Shown: in pieces, positions 17,558 to 26,747 of the stretch
Numbering within the stretch: position 1 is the first letter of the stretch
Layout: each line of letters starts with the position of its first letter
Assembly (NCBI GenBank): GCA_965217585.1
Contig: OZ244561.1
Coordinates: forward strand, 1,952,001-2,016,000
Length of the DNA stretch: 64,000 bases
Direction of reading: 5' to 3'
Source of the DNA: Candidatus Latescibacterota bacterium
GTDB taxonomy: Bacteria > Latescibacterota > UBA2968 > UBA8231
Program-made: the position numbers and the translations under genes
Notes under the pieces: generated by a model
What the model saw: the letters and a program-made list of their open reading frames with translations, nothing else
Told to the model about the DNA's origin: nothing
The model's database searches: none

Positions 17558-19955
17558 GTATGTTTTACAGATCAAGCTGCAATCGCCGCTAACCTCTGCC
17601 GCTGGTGAGGGACGTGTAGGTGTGGTTGACCGCGACGTAGCCTTTGACGATCTGGGGTTACCCATTCTTCCCGGTAGGCGACTCAAAGGGCTGTGGCGCG
17701 AAGCCTATCGCGATGTTGCCGATGCGTGGGAGTTGTGCGGTGAATCTCCAATACCAGTAGAGCTTATTTTCGGCAAGTCAGGACAGAGATCCGGCGCTGG
17801 GGATGCTTGCATGTTTATTGCCAATGCAGAGTTGCAAGAGACGCCGTCTTTAAGAGAATGGTTGAAATATTTACAAAATAAAAAACAACTTCATCCTGAC
17901 GATGTGGTGCAACACTTTGCCACTGTGCGCGCCCAGACCGCAATCGACCGCAGGACTGGCGCAGCACTTAAGAATACGCTCCGCCTCACCCGTACCTTAA
18001 AAGCTGGCCTAGTATTTCAGGCACGAGTGCGCTTCTTTGAGTCTCCAGACGACGTGCTGCTCAATGCTCTATCTCTGGGGACTGCGGCTCTGCAACACAT
18101 GGGAACGGCGCGAACCCGCGGTCTCGGAAAGATCTCCTGTCGTTTGCTGGCACACGATGAGAACGGGCAATGCCGAGACTTGACAGACGAAGCCCTGAGC
18201 AACGACGCGCTTCCATCAATTGCCGAAACCAATCTGGCGCAACAAGCACAAACTTCAAAGGGGCAGACGACTACTGCACCCCCCTCAAGTCACCTGGTTC
18301 CCACGCATTTGTTGCGCTATCGGATCACGTTGACAACTCCAGTAGTTATCCCAATGGCGGATGGTGACCCGAATACGGTTATGACCCGGCAGGACGTACC
18401 CGGAAGCAATATATGGGGAGCTGCTGCTTGGCACTATCTTAGCCAATCGAATCGCACTCCTGAAGATGATGAGTTTCGCCACGCCTTCCTCGATGGAGGC
18501 TTGCGGTTCTTGACTGCTTACTTGGAAGCGGACGACTCCGAGGCATCCAATGAAATACCGCAACGCATGATCCCCATTCCCCACTCCATCCGCAAGTTCA
18601 AGGAGGGCGAAGAACCGGTTGATTTTGTGGAACCATCGCCAAGAGGGGAGCCAACAAAGCGCCTCGACCGCAGCTATGCCAGAATCAGTGAAGGGAGTTT
18701 GGAGACGCAGGCTGTCAAGACGGAGTTGAACTACCACCACGCCCGTGCCAAAAACCGCCGCATAGGCCGTGCTCTTGGTGCGGAGGCCACAGAAGGCGCA
18801 GATAGCGGTGCCCTCTTTACGTATGAAGCTATCCAGGCTGGACAGTCGTTTCAAGGTGCTGTCCTAGGTTCTGAGGACGATCTGAAAAATCTGAAAAATT
18901 GGTTACAAGAGGGAGAACTAAGAATCGGAAGGTCTCGCAGCGCGCAGTACGGCGAGGCGGAATTTGAATGGCTTGATGATGCGCCACAGGAATTGAATGG
19001 GCGCGTTGAGTGGGACGGATTCGTTGAGCAGCAGATACATGATGTCCCCGATCCTAGCAACCATCTGATCATTACCACCTTATCCTCTTTGTTGACTGTC
19101 AACGATTACGGACACCCGGACGCGCATTTCCCAAAGGGCGAATTAGCCGAAGCCTTGGGCCTAGAGGCTTCGGAACTAAAACTATGCAGTAGTTATACCC
19201 GCACTGAGGTGATTGGAGGATATAATTCCCATCTGCGCCTGCCTCGGCAGCAATGGCCTGCTATCACCCCCGGTAGTGTTTTTGTGTTTAAGGCTGAGAA
19301 AACTCTCGATCAGGAGTGTCTCTTGAAATTAGAGCACAATGGCCTGGGACTACGTAAGGGAGAGGGGTATGGCCGCATTGCGGTCAATCGACAGGGCAAT
19401 CTCCAGTTGTGGGAAGAAACCCGACTCGACGATCCCGAGAGCCAACATCCTCCCATCGGTCCCGATGCCTCTGAGGTCCCTGAGGCTATTCAAAACATTC
19501 TACTGGATGTGGTGAGATCGCGTTGCCTAGCGGATATGCAACAGCGTGCTATGACCTGCGCTGAGCGGACACAGAAGGTCCCGAGCAATGCCCTTCTCGG
19601 ACGGCTGCGTTTGTTTTTTCAACAAAAGTCTCCTGCCGAAAGTTTGGAGAAGCTACGCGATCCTGCAAAGGAGCAGCTAACGAACTATCAGGTTGACATG
19701 CGTGATGTCGGCCTGCTGAATTTGCCGACCCGAATGACTCTGTATGACTTGTTCAAAAAGGCCTGGACTGAAAAAGAGTCCTTAACTCGGGAATTGATTG
19801 AACGTCGTGTCGAAGATATTGTCGAAGACCGATACGCCGATATGCGCCAAACCATGATTGACAAACTGGTCTCGGATGACAGCGCGAAGATGTGTACAGT
19901 ATTTCTCGATCATCTGCTTACAGCACTGCGCCGTAATAAGTCAAGGGATAAATAA
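17550..19955 (+). CDS. csx10: Cas7-Cas5-Cas11 fusion (Csx10-like, III-Dv architecture)
   Basis: GLPILPGRRLKGL and GTARTRGLG (Cas7); VPGSNIWGA, IGRSRSAQYG and GLRKGEGYG (Cas5); helical C-terminus PSNALLGRLR (Cas11-like). Confidence 0.85.
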   Translation: MTEYVLQIKLQSPLTSAAGEGRVGVVDRDVAFDDLGLPILPGRRLKGLWREAYRDVADAWELCGESPIPVELIFGKSGQRSGAGDACMFIANAELQETPSLREWLKYLQNKKQLHPDDVVQHFATVRAQTAIDRRTGAALKNTLRLTRTLKAGLVFQARVRFFESPDDVLLNALSLGTAALQHMGTARTRGLGKISCRLLAHDENGQCRDLTDEALSNDALPSIAETNLAQQAQTSKGQTTTAPPSSHLVPTHLLRYRITLTTPVVIPMADGDPNTVMTRQDVPGSNIWGAAAWHYLSQSNRTPEDDEFRHAFLDGGLRFLTAYLEADDSEASNEIPQRMIPIPHSIRKFKEGEEPVDFVEPSPRGEPTKRLDRSYARISEGSLETQAVKTELNYHHARAKNRRIGRALGAEATEGADSGALFTYEAIQAGQSFQGAVLGSEDDLKNLKNWLQEGELRIGRSRSAQYGEAEFEWLDDAPQELNGRVEWDGFVEQQIHDVPDPSNHLIITTLSSLLTVNDYGHPDAHFPKGELAEALGLEASELKLCSSYTRTEVIGGYNSHLRLPRQQWPAITPGSVFVFKAEKTLDQECLLKLEHNGLGLRKGEGYGRIAVNRQGNLQLWEETRLDDPESQHPPIGPDASEVPEAIQNILLDVVRSRCLADMQQRAMTCAERTQKVPSNALLGRLRLFFQQKSPAESLEKLRDPAKEQLTNYQVDMRDVGLLNLPTRMTLYDLFKKAWTEKESLTRELIERRVEDIVEDRYADMRQTMIDKLVSDDSAKMCTVFLDHLLTALRRNKSRDK

Positions 19956-19966
19956 GGACTAATAGC

Positions 19967-21456
19967 ATGGCAAATGTGAAGACAGAAACATCTGAAGCTA
20001 AGGATGCCATTGTGCGCCGTCTATATGCTCAAGGCCGATGGAAGCTGGACAGTGTAGCACACTTTGGTGGCGACGAAACCGGCATAGCGGATATGTGCCT
20101 CCTGCGGGATGCAGATGATAGTCCCTTTATTCCGGCCGCATCTATCGCTGGCGCGGCGCGGAGTTTTCTGGCCCAGCAGAGTTTACCCTGGGCAGAGTAT
20201 CGGGCGGACTTACCGAAGAACCGATAGGACTCAAGCGGTTCTTCGGAGGAGGAGATAAACCCGACACAAATAAACCCGGTACTGGTACCATGAGTGCCTT
20301 GATCGTTGCCGATGCTGCCTGTGTCAGTGAGCAGGCAACGACAGCAATCCGCGATGGCGTACGCGTGGATGCCTGCTCGGGTTCTGCCGCTGAGGGGAAA
20401 AAATTCGATGTGGAAGTTGTCGAACGCGGGACCGAATTTGAGTTGTGTCTGGAATGCGTTATTCGTGATGGAGACGACAACAGTGAATTGGAAAGGTTGT
20501 TCTTAGCCCTATTGCATGGGTTCCAAGCAGGCGATATCCGATTGGGCGCACGTACCCGCCGGGGCTATGGACGCGGCAAGGTCGCGTCCTGGGAGATACG
20601 CAATTTGCAGATGAACGATCCAGAGGATGTCATGGCCTGGCTACGCGATAGGGTCTGGTGTCGTCCCGCGAGTAATTTGACGCCCCATCCATTGCCATCC
20701 GACCAACGACAATACTTTCGCCTTGAAGCGGATTTTATCCTGCGAACATCCCTGTTAATCCGCAGTTCACCCTCTGATCCAGAAGCTCCAGACATGGTTC
20801 ATCTACACTCTGCTGGAGAGCCTGTCGTCCCCGGCACATCCTTTGCCGGTGCATTCCGACATCGTGCTTCTCTGATCGCGGACACGATTGATTGGCCCAA
20901 GGACGCGGTGAGTGAACTATTCGGCCCTGTCCATGAAAAAGAAGCCAAAGATTCGCAAGAAGGTTTGTGGGCAAGCCGGGTATGGATTGAGGAACGTCTG
21001 GTGAAAAATGTGGAATCGCGGTGGCAGAATCGCGTTGCCATTGATCGGTTTACCGGGGGCAGCTTGCAGAGTGCCTTGTTTAACGAAAAACCGGTTTTCC
21101 CGCAAGAATCTACGTCGCACCTCAAGTTAAGACTGACGTTAGAAGAGCCGGACGACGCGGAAATCGGCTTGTTGTTCTTAACCCTGCGCGACTTCTGGCA
21201 TGGACATGCTGCCCTAGGCGGAGAAACGAGCAACGGACGCGGCACTCTCCAAGGCGTCAAAGCTGGGTTGCAACTGAAGCGGCGCGAATCGTCAGAGGCT
21301 GAGTGGGAGTTTTCGCAGGTTGACAGCGGCATGACTCTTGTCGGATGTAGTGGTGATGCTTCATTCCTCAAATGTTGTGTCGAAAAAGCCCAATCCCCTC
21401 CTGATCGTCCCGATGGATCACGGCGACCCGAAGAAAAGAGGCCCACCGATGCCTAA
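19967..21456 (+). pseudogene. cas7: Cas7-Cas7 (Csm3-like) fusion interrupted by a 1-nt frameshift near 20205-20212
   Basis: ORF 19967-20227 (PFIPAASIAGAARS) continues in the -1 frame as GLTEEPIGLKRFFGG into ORF 20290-21456 (GARTRRGYG, VPGTSFAGAFR, VAIDRFTGG, LGGETSNGRG). Confidence 0.8.
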
Positions 21457-22009
21457 CGAAACGCATATAGAACTCAGTGAAGCCTTGATCTGTTCACATC
21501 TGTCCCATGTGACTACTGATCCAACGGCGTGGATCTTGTTACAGGAGCCCGGCTTTATCGGCTTTGGTGTGGTGCAATCGGATAAAATCTACTGGCCTCC
21601 AGACGTGCAACCGGATTGGGCACGGGTCAGCGACCTTCGTTTATTCGGCGAGGATGGCGAATGGCATGTCTGGCCTCATTGGGATGGAACTTGGCAGAGC
21701 CGTAGGCTGGAATTGCAAAAATTGACCGATACTCTGACGGAGCACCATGCCTTGTGGGGGACCCAAGTGGAAGAACCCGGACCACCGCCTTGGATAAAGT
21801 TGACAGAAGATCGCGGGGCGGAGATTTGGCTGCCGCTGGCAGAATTGGAATTGACAAAAGGGGACTTGCCGCTGCGCCTAGAACTCAAACAGGTGATCGA
21901 CTATGATGACAAAAGCGGCCTAGCTGGTATCGTCGATGCCGGCTTGGTGGCTCTGGTTCGCAGAAGTGGTGAAAAGATAGGAATACCTAGGGCGGTTGCC
22001 CAAAGCTAA
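21449..22009 (+). CDS. csx19: Type III-D protein Csx19
   Basis: Position after cas7-cas7; DLRLFGEDGEWHVW, LWGT and IDYD motifs; start set at ATG 21449, overlapping the upstream stop. Confidence 0.8.
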   Translation: MPNETHIELSEALICSHLSHVTTDPTAWILLQEPGFIGFGVVQSDKIYWPPDVQPDWARVSDLRLFGEDGEWHVWPHWDGTWQSRRLELQKLTDTLTEHHALWGTQVEEPGPPPWIKLTEDRGAEIWLPLAELELTKGDLPLRLELKQVIDYDDKSGLAGIVDAGLVALVRRSGEKIGIPRAVAQS

Positions 22010-22012
22010 TTC

Positions 22013-23044
22013 ATGCCTACCCTGTACGTCACAGAACCCAGATCGGTCGTCCGGCGTTCGGTCGGCTCCGTCGTGGTAACGCTCAACGAAGACCCCGACG
22101 GGCCGGGGCCGCTGCCCGAACGCCAGCGACGCTTGCTCGAAGTCGAGCCGCATCGGCTGGAACTGATCGCCTTGGTAGGTCGCGTTCACATTACCGCCGA
22201 TGCGCTCCAACTCTGCTTGGAGCAGGGCATTGCGGTCGCTTGGTTGCGGGCGAATGGGAACTTTATGGGCCGCCTTGTGCCGGAGTTGTCGCGCACGGCA
22301 GATCTGCGGTTGGCGCAATTTCGCATGGCCGACGACGAGCCGCAGGCGCTTGCACTGGCTCAGACCTTTGTCGCAGCCAAGCTCCACAATGCGGTTGGTC
22401 TGCTAACGGCTTTGCGATCCAACCGCCGCGCTCAACCCGCTTTGGGGCGGGCCATCGGCGAACTCAAGGCCATGGCCGATACCGTATCGAAAGCGACTAG
22501 CCGGGAGGTGCTGCTGGGCTTTGAGGGTGATGCGGCCCGCCGCTACTTTGCTGGGCTACGGCTCGGTTTCACTGGGGCGATTGGCTTTGCCGGCCGCGCT
22601 CGTCGGCCACCGCCGGACCCGGCCAATGCCTTGCTGTCGTTTGGCTATGTGTTGCTGGCTAATGTCTTAGCGAGTTTGCTGGAGGCCTGCGGCTTCGATC
22701 CCTACCTCGGCTTTATGCACACGGTCCGCTCTGGTCGGCCCAGCTTGGCACTCGACCTTTTGGAGGAATTGCGGCATCCGGTCGTAGATCGCTTTGTGCT
22801 GCGGGTGTGCAATCGGGGACAATTGCGTCCCGAGCATTTTGAGGCTGATGACGAGCGGGGTGGTGTGCGCCTTACGCGTGCGGGGATGCGGATTTTCTTT
22901 CGCACTTGGGAAGCCTTTATGGACGCCCCGCTGCCGGGGATTGGAGAAGAGATGTCACCAGAAGAATTGCTTCGCCGTCAGGTTGATCGTCTAGCGGCCC
23001 ACGTGCGAGATCGTGCACCGTACCAACCCTTGCTTCTACGCTGA
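22013..23044 (+). CDS. cas1: CRISPR integrase Cas1
   Basis: TLYVTE, GFEGDAARRYF, RRPPPDPANALLSFGY, DPYLGFMH and SLALDLLEELR; no RT domain. Confidence 0.97.
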   Translation: MPTLYVTEPRSVVRRSVGSVVVTLNEDPDGPGPLPERQRRLLEVEPHRLELIALVGRVHITADALQLCLEQGIAVAWLRANGNFMGRLVPELSRTADLRLAQFRMADDEPQALALAQTFVAAKLHNAVGLLTALRSNRRAQPALGRAIGELKAMADTVSKATSREVLLGFEGDAARRYFAGLRLGFTGAIGFAGRARRPPPDPANALLSFGYVLLANVLASLLEACGFDPYLGFMHTVRSGRPSLALDLLEELRHPVVDRFVLRVCNRGQLRPEHFEADDERGGVRLTRAGMRIFFRTWEAFMDAPLPGIGEEMSPEELLRRQVDRLAAHVRDRAPYQPLLLR

Positions 23045-23050
23045 GGAGGC

Positions 23051-23344
23051 TTGCCCATGTCCCGCTTTGTTGTGTGCTACGATATAGCCGACAATAAACG
23101 TCGCTACAAGGTAGCCGCCTGCCTAGATGGGTATGGAGACCGCGTACAGGGCAGCGTATTCGAGTTGCGGGTCGAGCGCATCCTTCTCGATCGGTGCTTA
23201 GCCGAGGTATCCGGCCTGATCGATGCGGCTGAGGACAGTGTGGTCGTCTATCGCCTTTGCGCGGCCTGCGAGAAAGAGCGGGTTTATTTGGGTGTGGGCG
23301 AACAGGTTGCCCATATTGGCGAGGAAGATGTATTTATCGCATGA
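23051..23344 (+). CDS. cas2: CRISPR-associated Cas2
   Basis: VVCYDIADNKRR, YGDRVQGSVFE and DSVVVYRLCAAC. Confidence 0.97.
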   Translation: MPMSRFVVCYDIADNKRRYKVAACLDGYGDRVQGSVFELRVERILLDRCLAEVSGLIDAAEDSVVVYRLCAACEKERVYLGVGEQVAHIGEEDVFIA

Positions 23345-23537
23345 ACAGTCGTAACCTCGGATAGCCCGTCTATTGCTCTGGAGTTACGAATTTGGCTAAC
23401 CGATTGAAATTACTGCAATTCGGCATTACCTGCCGGATCGGAGACAGCCGTGATAGGTGTCGTTGGCCGCTCTGGCCATTGGGTTACGAAAAGTGTTCTC
23501 GCAACCTATTGCAAGACAAGGAGAACTATGGCATACG
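23345..23537 (+). promoter_or_regulatory. CRISPR leader
   Basis: Non-coding region between cas2 and repeat 1; its 3' part is duplicated at ~25080-25133. Confidence 0.75.
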
Positions 23538-24575
23538 GTTTGGAATATTGACCCGATTACTAGGGGATTGAAACCACAAATAGGCCCATCGCGCTCAAGC
23601 AATTCTTCCCATGTTTGGAATATTGACCCGATTACTAGGGGATTGAAACCATCAATTAACTTTTTCTCTTCTTTTGTAAATTCTTCCATAGTTTGGAATA
23701 TTGACCCGATTACTAGGGGATTGAAACAGGGCGAATAGTGCGATTAGGCCGGCGTAGACCCAGCGTGTTGTTTGGAATATTGACCCGATTACTAGGGGAT
23801 TGAAACCTTTCTCAGAATTCCTTCTAGAACATGAATAGCATTGTTTGGAATATTGACCCGATTACTAGGGGATTGAAACTTCTTGGCCTTGCCGCTCGAA
23901 ACGTCGATACTGATAGGAGTTTGGAATATTGACCCGATTACTAGGGGATTGAAACTGCACTATTGCAGCTGCTTCTTGTGAATCGACGTCGATCTGTTTG
24001 GAATATTGACCCGATTACTAGGGGATTGAAACGCCTACAGACCTGTTGTCGAGCGCCCGCTGCATAGTCGAGGTTTGGAATATTGACCCGATTACTAGGG
24101 GATTGAAACCTTATAGTGGCTGGGCGAGTACGGCCGATTAGCGATGATACGTTTGGAATATTGACCCGATTACTAGGGGATTGAAACCCTGGCGTGGCGT
24201 CGGCTTTGTATTTTTTGAGCACGACCATGTTTGGAATATTGACCCGATTACTAGGGGATTGAAACTTACTGACCTGCCTTACCTTGTGTTCAAATCGACA
24301 AGCGTCGTTTGGAATATTGACCCGATTACTAGGGGATTGAAACCAAAACAGGGTTCGGGCTTAGCCGCCCATCCCGCTAGGAGGTTTGGAATATTGACCC
24401 GATTACTAGGGGATTGAAACCCAATGTCTCCGGCTCCTTGGCGATGGACTGGGCGATCCGGTGTTTGGAATATTGACCCGATTACTAGGGGATTGAAACT
24501 TCGGGGCCGTTTACCACAGCCTAAGCCTAGGGTGGAATGTTTGGAATATTGACCCGATTACTAGGGGATTGAAAC
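23538..24575 (+). CRISPR. CRISPR array: 14 identical 37-bp repeats GTTTGGAATATTGACCCGATTACTAGGGGATTGAAAC and 13 spacers of 36-42 bp
   Basis: Repeats start at 23538, 23613, 23691, 23770, 23843, 23919, 23996, 24073, 24151, 24229, 24307, 24384, 24463 and 24539; the ATTGAAAC 3' handle and leader position set the orientation. Confidence 0.99.
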
Positions 24576-24733
24576 ATGTAGGCGAGCGAATCGCACACAT
24601 TGAGGGTGCACTTGACCCTAAACACCGAAGGAAGGAGACTTGAGCGAGCAACAGAAACCCACTCCGATCATGGATTATTTCGAGTAGTCGGCGATCACAA
24701 AAAACCTAAGCTCAAACCGCAGAGAGGATCATC

Positions 24734-25033
24734 ATGAGCTTTGAACAAGCAGTAGACAAAGTGCTGGACCACGAAGGAGGCTTCGTGGATGACCCCGCCG
24801 ACCGGGGTGGCATGACCTTCATGGGCATTTCGCGCCGATGGTTCTCCGACGAGCCCCTCATCGACGAGGATGGCCTTACCGGCCCCGCCACCCGTCGAGC
24901 CATCGAGGCACTGGGCAATCTCGGCGAGGACATGCAAGAGATTCTACCAATTGCGTACCGCTCCCTGCAGGGCGTTCACTTCCTCGACATCTACAAGTCC
25001 AATCGCAGTCAAGTCCGATTCATTCGTGGCTAG
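24734..25033 (+). pseudogene. Phage-type glycosyl hydrolase 108 endolysin remnant
   Basis: VLDHEGGFVDDPADRGGMTFMGI (GH108 N-terminus) joined directly to DGLTGPAT...SQVRFIRG* (PG-binding C-terminus); middle part missing. Confidence 0.75.
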
Positions 25034-25081
25034 CCACTCAATCGAGCCAGCTAACGCCCACCCTGCTGTGGGCCTCGCAAA

Positions 25082-25170
25082 ACGCAAAGTTGTTCCCGTA
25101 ATCTCTTGCAAGACAAGGAGAACTATGGCATACTTTTTGGACTAGGACCCGATCTCTAGAGAAAGGAGTC
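25082..25170 (+). repeat. Second leader copy plus one degenerate CRISPR repeat
   Basis: 25106-25133 is identical to 23509-23536; 25135-25170 matches the repeat at about 25 of 37 positions with one gap. Confidence 0.8.
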
Positions 25171-25171
25171 C

Positions 25172-26719
25172 ATGAACAAACGCAGATTACCCATCGGCAT
25201 TCAGACCTTCCGCAAAATTCGGGAAGAGGACTACTACTACGTCGATAAAACCGCCTATATCCGGCGGCTGCTCGACGAGGGCACGCACTACTTCCTGTCG
25301 CGCCCCCGGCGCTTCGGCAAAAGCCTATTCTTGGACACGCTCAAGGAAGTGTTCGAAGGCAACGAACCGCTGTTCGCGGGGCTGGACATTCACGACCGCT
25401 GGGATTGGTCGGTGCGTCATCCGGTGCTGCGGCTCGACTTCAGCAGTGGCACCTACCAGGGGCCGGACGACTTGCGGAAGGAAGTGGCGGCGCAATTAAA
25501 CACCTTGGAGGCCGAAGCGGAGATCGTCCCGCGCGACGACGAAGCGCCCGTCCGCTTCCGCCACTTGATGAAGGTGCTGCACGAGCGCAGCGGTCAGCGC
25601 GTTGCGGTGCTGGTTGATGAGTACGACAAGCCGATTCTCGATGCGCTGGAAGTACCGGAGGTCGCCCGCGCCAACCGCGACTTTCTGCGCGGCCTGTATT
25701 CGACCGTGAAGTTTGCCGACGCGCACATCCGCTTCACGTTCATCACCGGGGTGAGCAAGTTTTCCAAGGTCAGCCTGTTTTCCGGCCTCAACAACCTCAC
25801 CGATATCACCTTCGAACCCGAATACTCGGCCCTCTGCGGCTACACCGACGCCGATCTAGACGCCGTGTTCGCCCCGGAGTTGCCCGGCTTAGACCGGGAC
25901 CAGATCCGCGACTGGTACAACGGCTATAGCTGGCTCGGCGACGAGAAGGTGTACAACCCTTTTGACATCCTCCTGCTGTTTCGCCGCCGCCGATTCGCCG
26001 CCTATTGGTTTGAAACCGGCACGCCGACGTTTCTGATCGAAACGCTGTTCAAGCGCCGCGTCAGTTCCCTAGCCCTCGATGAGATGGTCGGCAGCGACGA
26101 ACTACTATCGACTTTTGATGTCGATGACATCGCAACCGAGGCACTGCTGTTCCAGACCGGCTACCTGACGATAACCGACGAGGAAGACGTTGGCGGCGAG
26201 CCCGTCTATCGCTTGGGCTATCCCAACCGGGAGGTGCGGCAGAGCCTGAACCGCAGCATGCTGCGCTACTTGGTGCGGGATTCAACGCGGCAGATGGCCA
26301 ACAGCGTGCAACTCTACCGGCTGCTGGAAGCCAACGACTTCGCCGGGCTAGAGACGCTGTTCCACGCTTTCTTCGCCAGCATCCCCTACGAGTGGTACAC
26401 CAACAACGACATCGCCCGTTACGAGGGTTACTACGCGAGTGTGTTCTACTCCTATTTCGCGGGGCTGGGGCTGAACATCGCGGTGGAGGACAGCAGTAGC
26501 CACGGGCGCTTGGACATGGCGGTTCTGTTCAACGGCAACGTCTATCTGTTCGAGTTCAAGGTGGTCGAGATGGCGTCTGCGGGTGCGGCGATGGCGCAGT
26601 TGCAGGAGCGGCGCTACGCGGACAAGTACCGCGCCTTGGGCCAGCCGATTTACCTGATCGCCGTCGAGTTCAGCAAGGATGCCCGCAACCTAGCGGCGTT
26701 TGAAGTGGAACGACTCTGA
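25172..26719 (+). CDS. AAA-ATPase-like / PD-(D/E)XK nuclease (DUF1703-type), copy 2
   Basis: Same motifs as 5981-7555; N- and C-termini nearly identical to copy 1. Confidence 0.92.
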   Translation: MNKRRLPIGIQTFRKIREEDYYYVDKTAYIRRLLDEGTHYFLSRPRRFGKSLFLDTLKEVFEGNEPLFAGLDIHDRWDWSVRHPVLRLDFSSGTYQGPDDLRKEVAAQLNTLEAEAEIVPRDDEAPVRFRHLMKVLHERSGQRVAVLVDEYDKPILDALEVPEVARANRDFLRGLYSTVKFADAHIRFTFITGVSKFSKVSLFSGLNNLTDITFEPEYSALCGYTDADLDAVFAPELPGLDRDQIRDWYNGYSWLGDEKVYNPFDILLLFRRRRFAAYWFETGTPTFLIETLFKRRVSSLALDEMVGSDELLSTFDVDDIATEALLFQTGYLTITDEEDVGGEPVYRLGYPNREVRQSLNRSMLRYLVRDSTRQMANSVQLYRLLEANDFAGLETLFHAFFASIPYEWYTNNDIARYEGYYASVFYSYFAGLGLNIAVEDSSSHGRLDMAVLFNGNVYLFEFKVVEMASAGAAMAQLQERRYADKYRALGQPIYLIAVEFSKDARNLAAFEVERL

Positions 26720-26747
26720 CAGCAAACCAAAACAAAGGAAAACACCC

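Noticed and set aside
23529-23544. Sigma54-like motif TGGCATACGGTTTGG at the leader-repeat junction (also at ~25126)
   Set aside because: It has GG in place of the conserved -12 GC, and transcription would start inside the first repeat
23426-24417. Short ORFs across the array
   Set aside because: Translations of repeats and spacers
23575-24538. Self-targeting spacers within the window
   Set aside because: No match noticed by eye; an alignment is needed to exclude it
24576-25060. Prophage
   Set aside because: Only a broken endolysin and tiny fragments; no structural, integrase or replication genes
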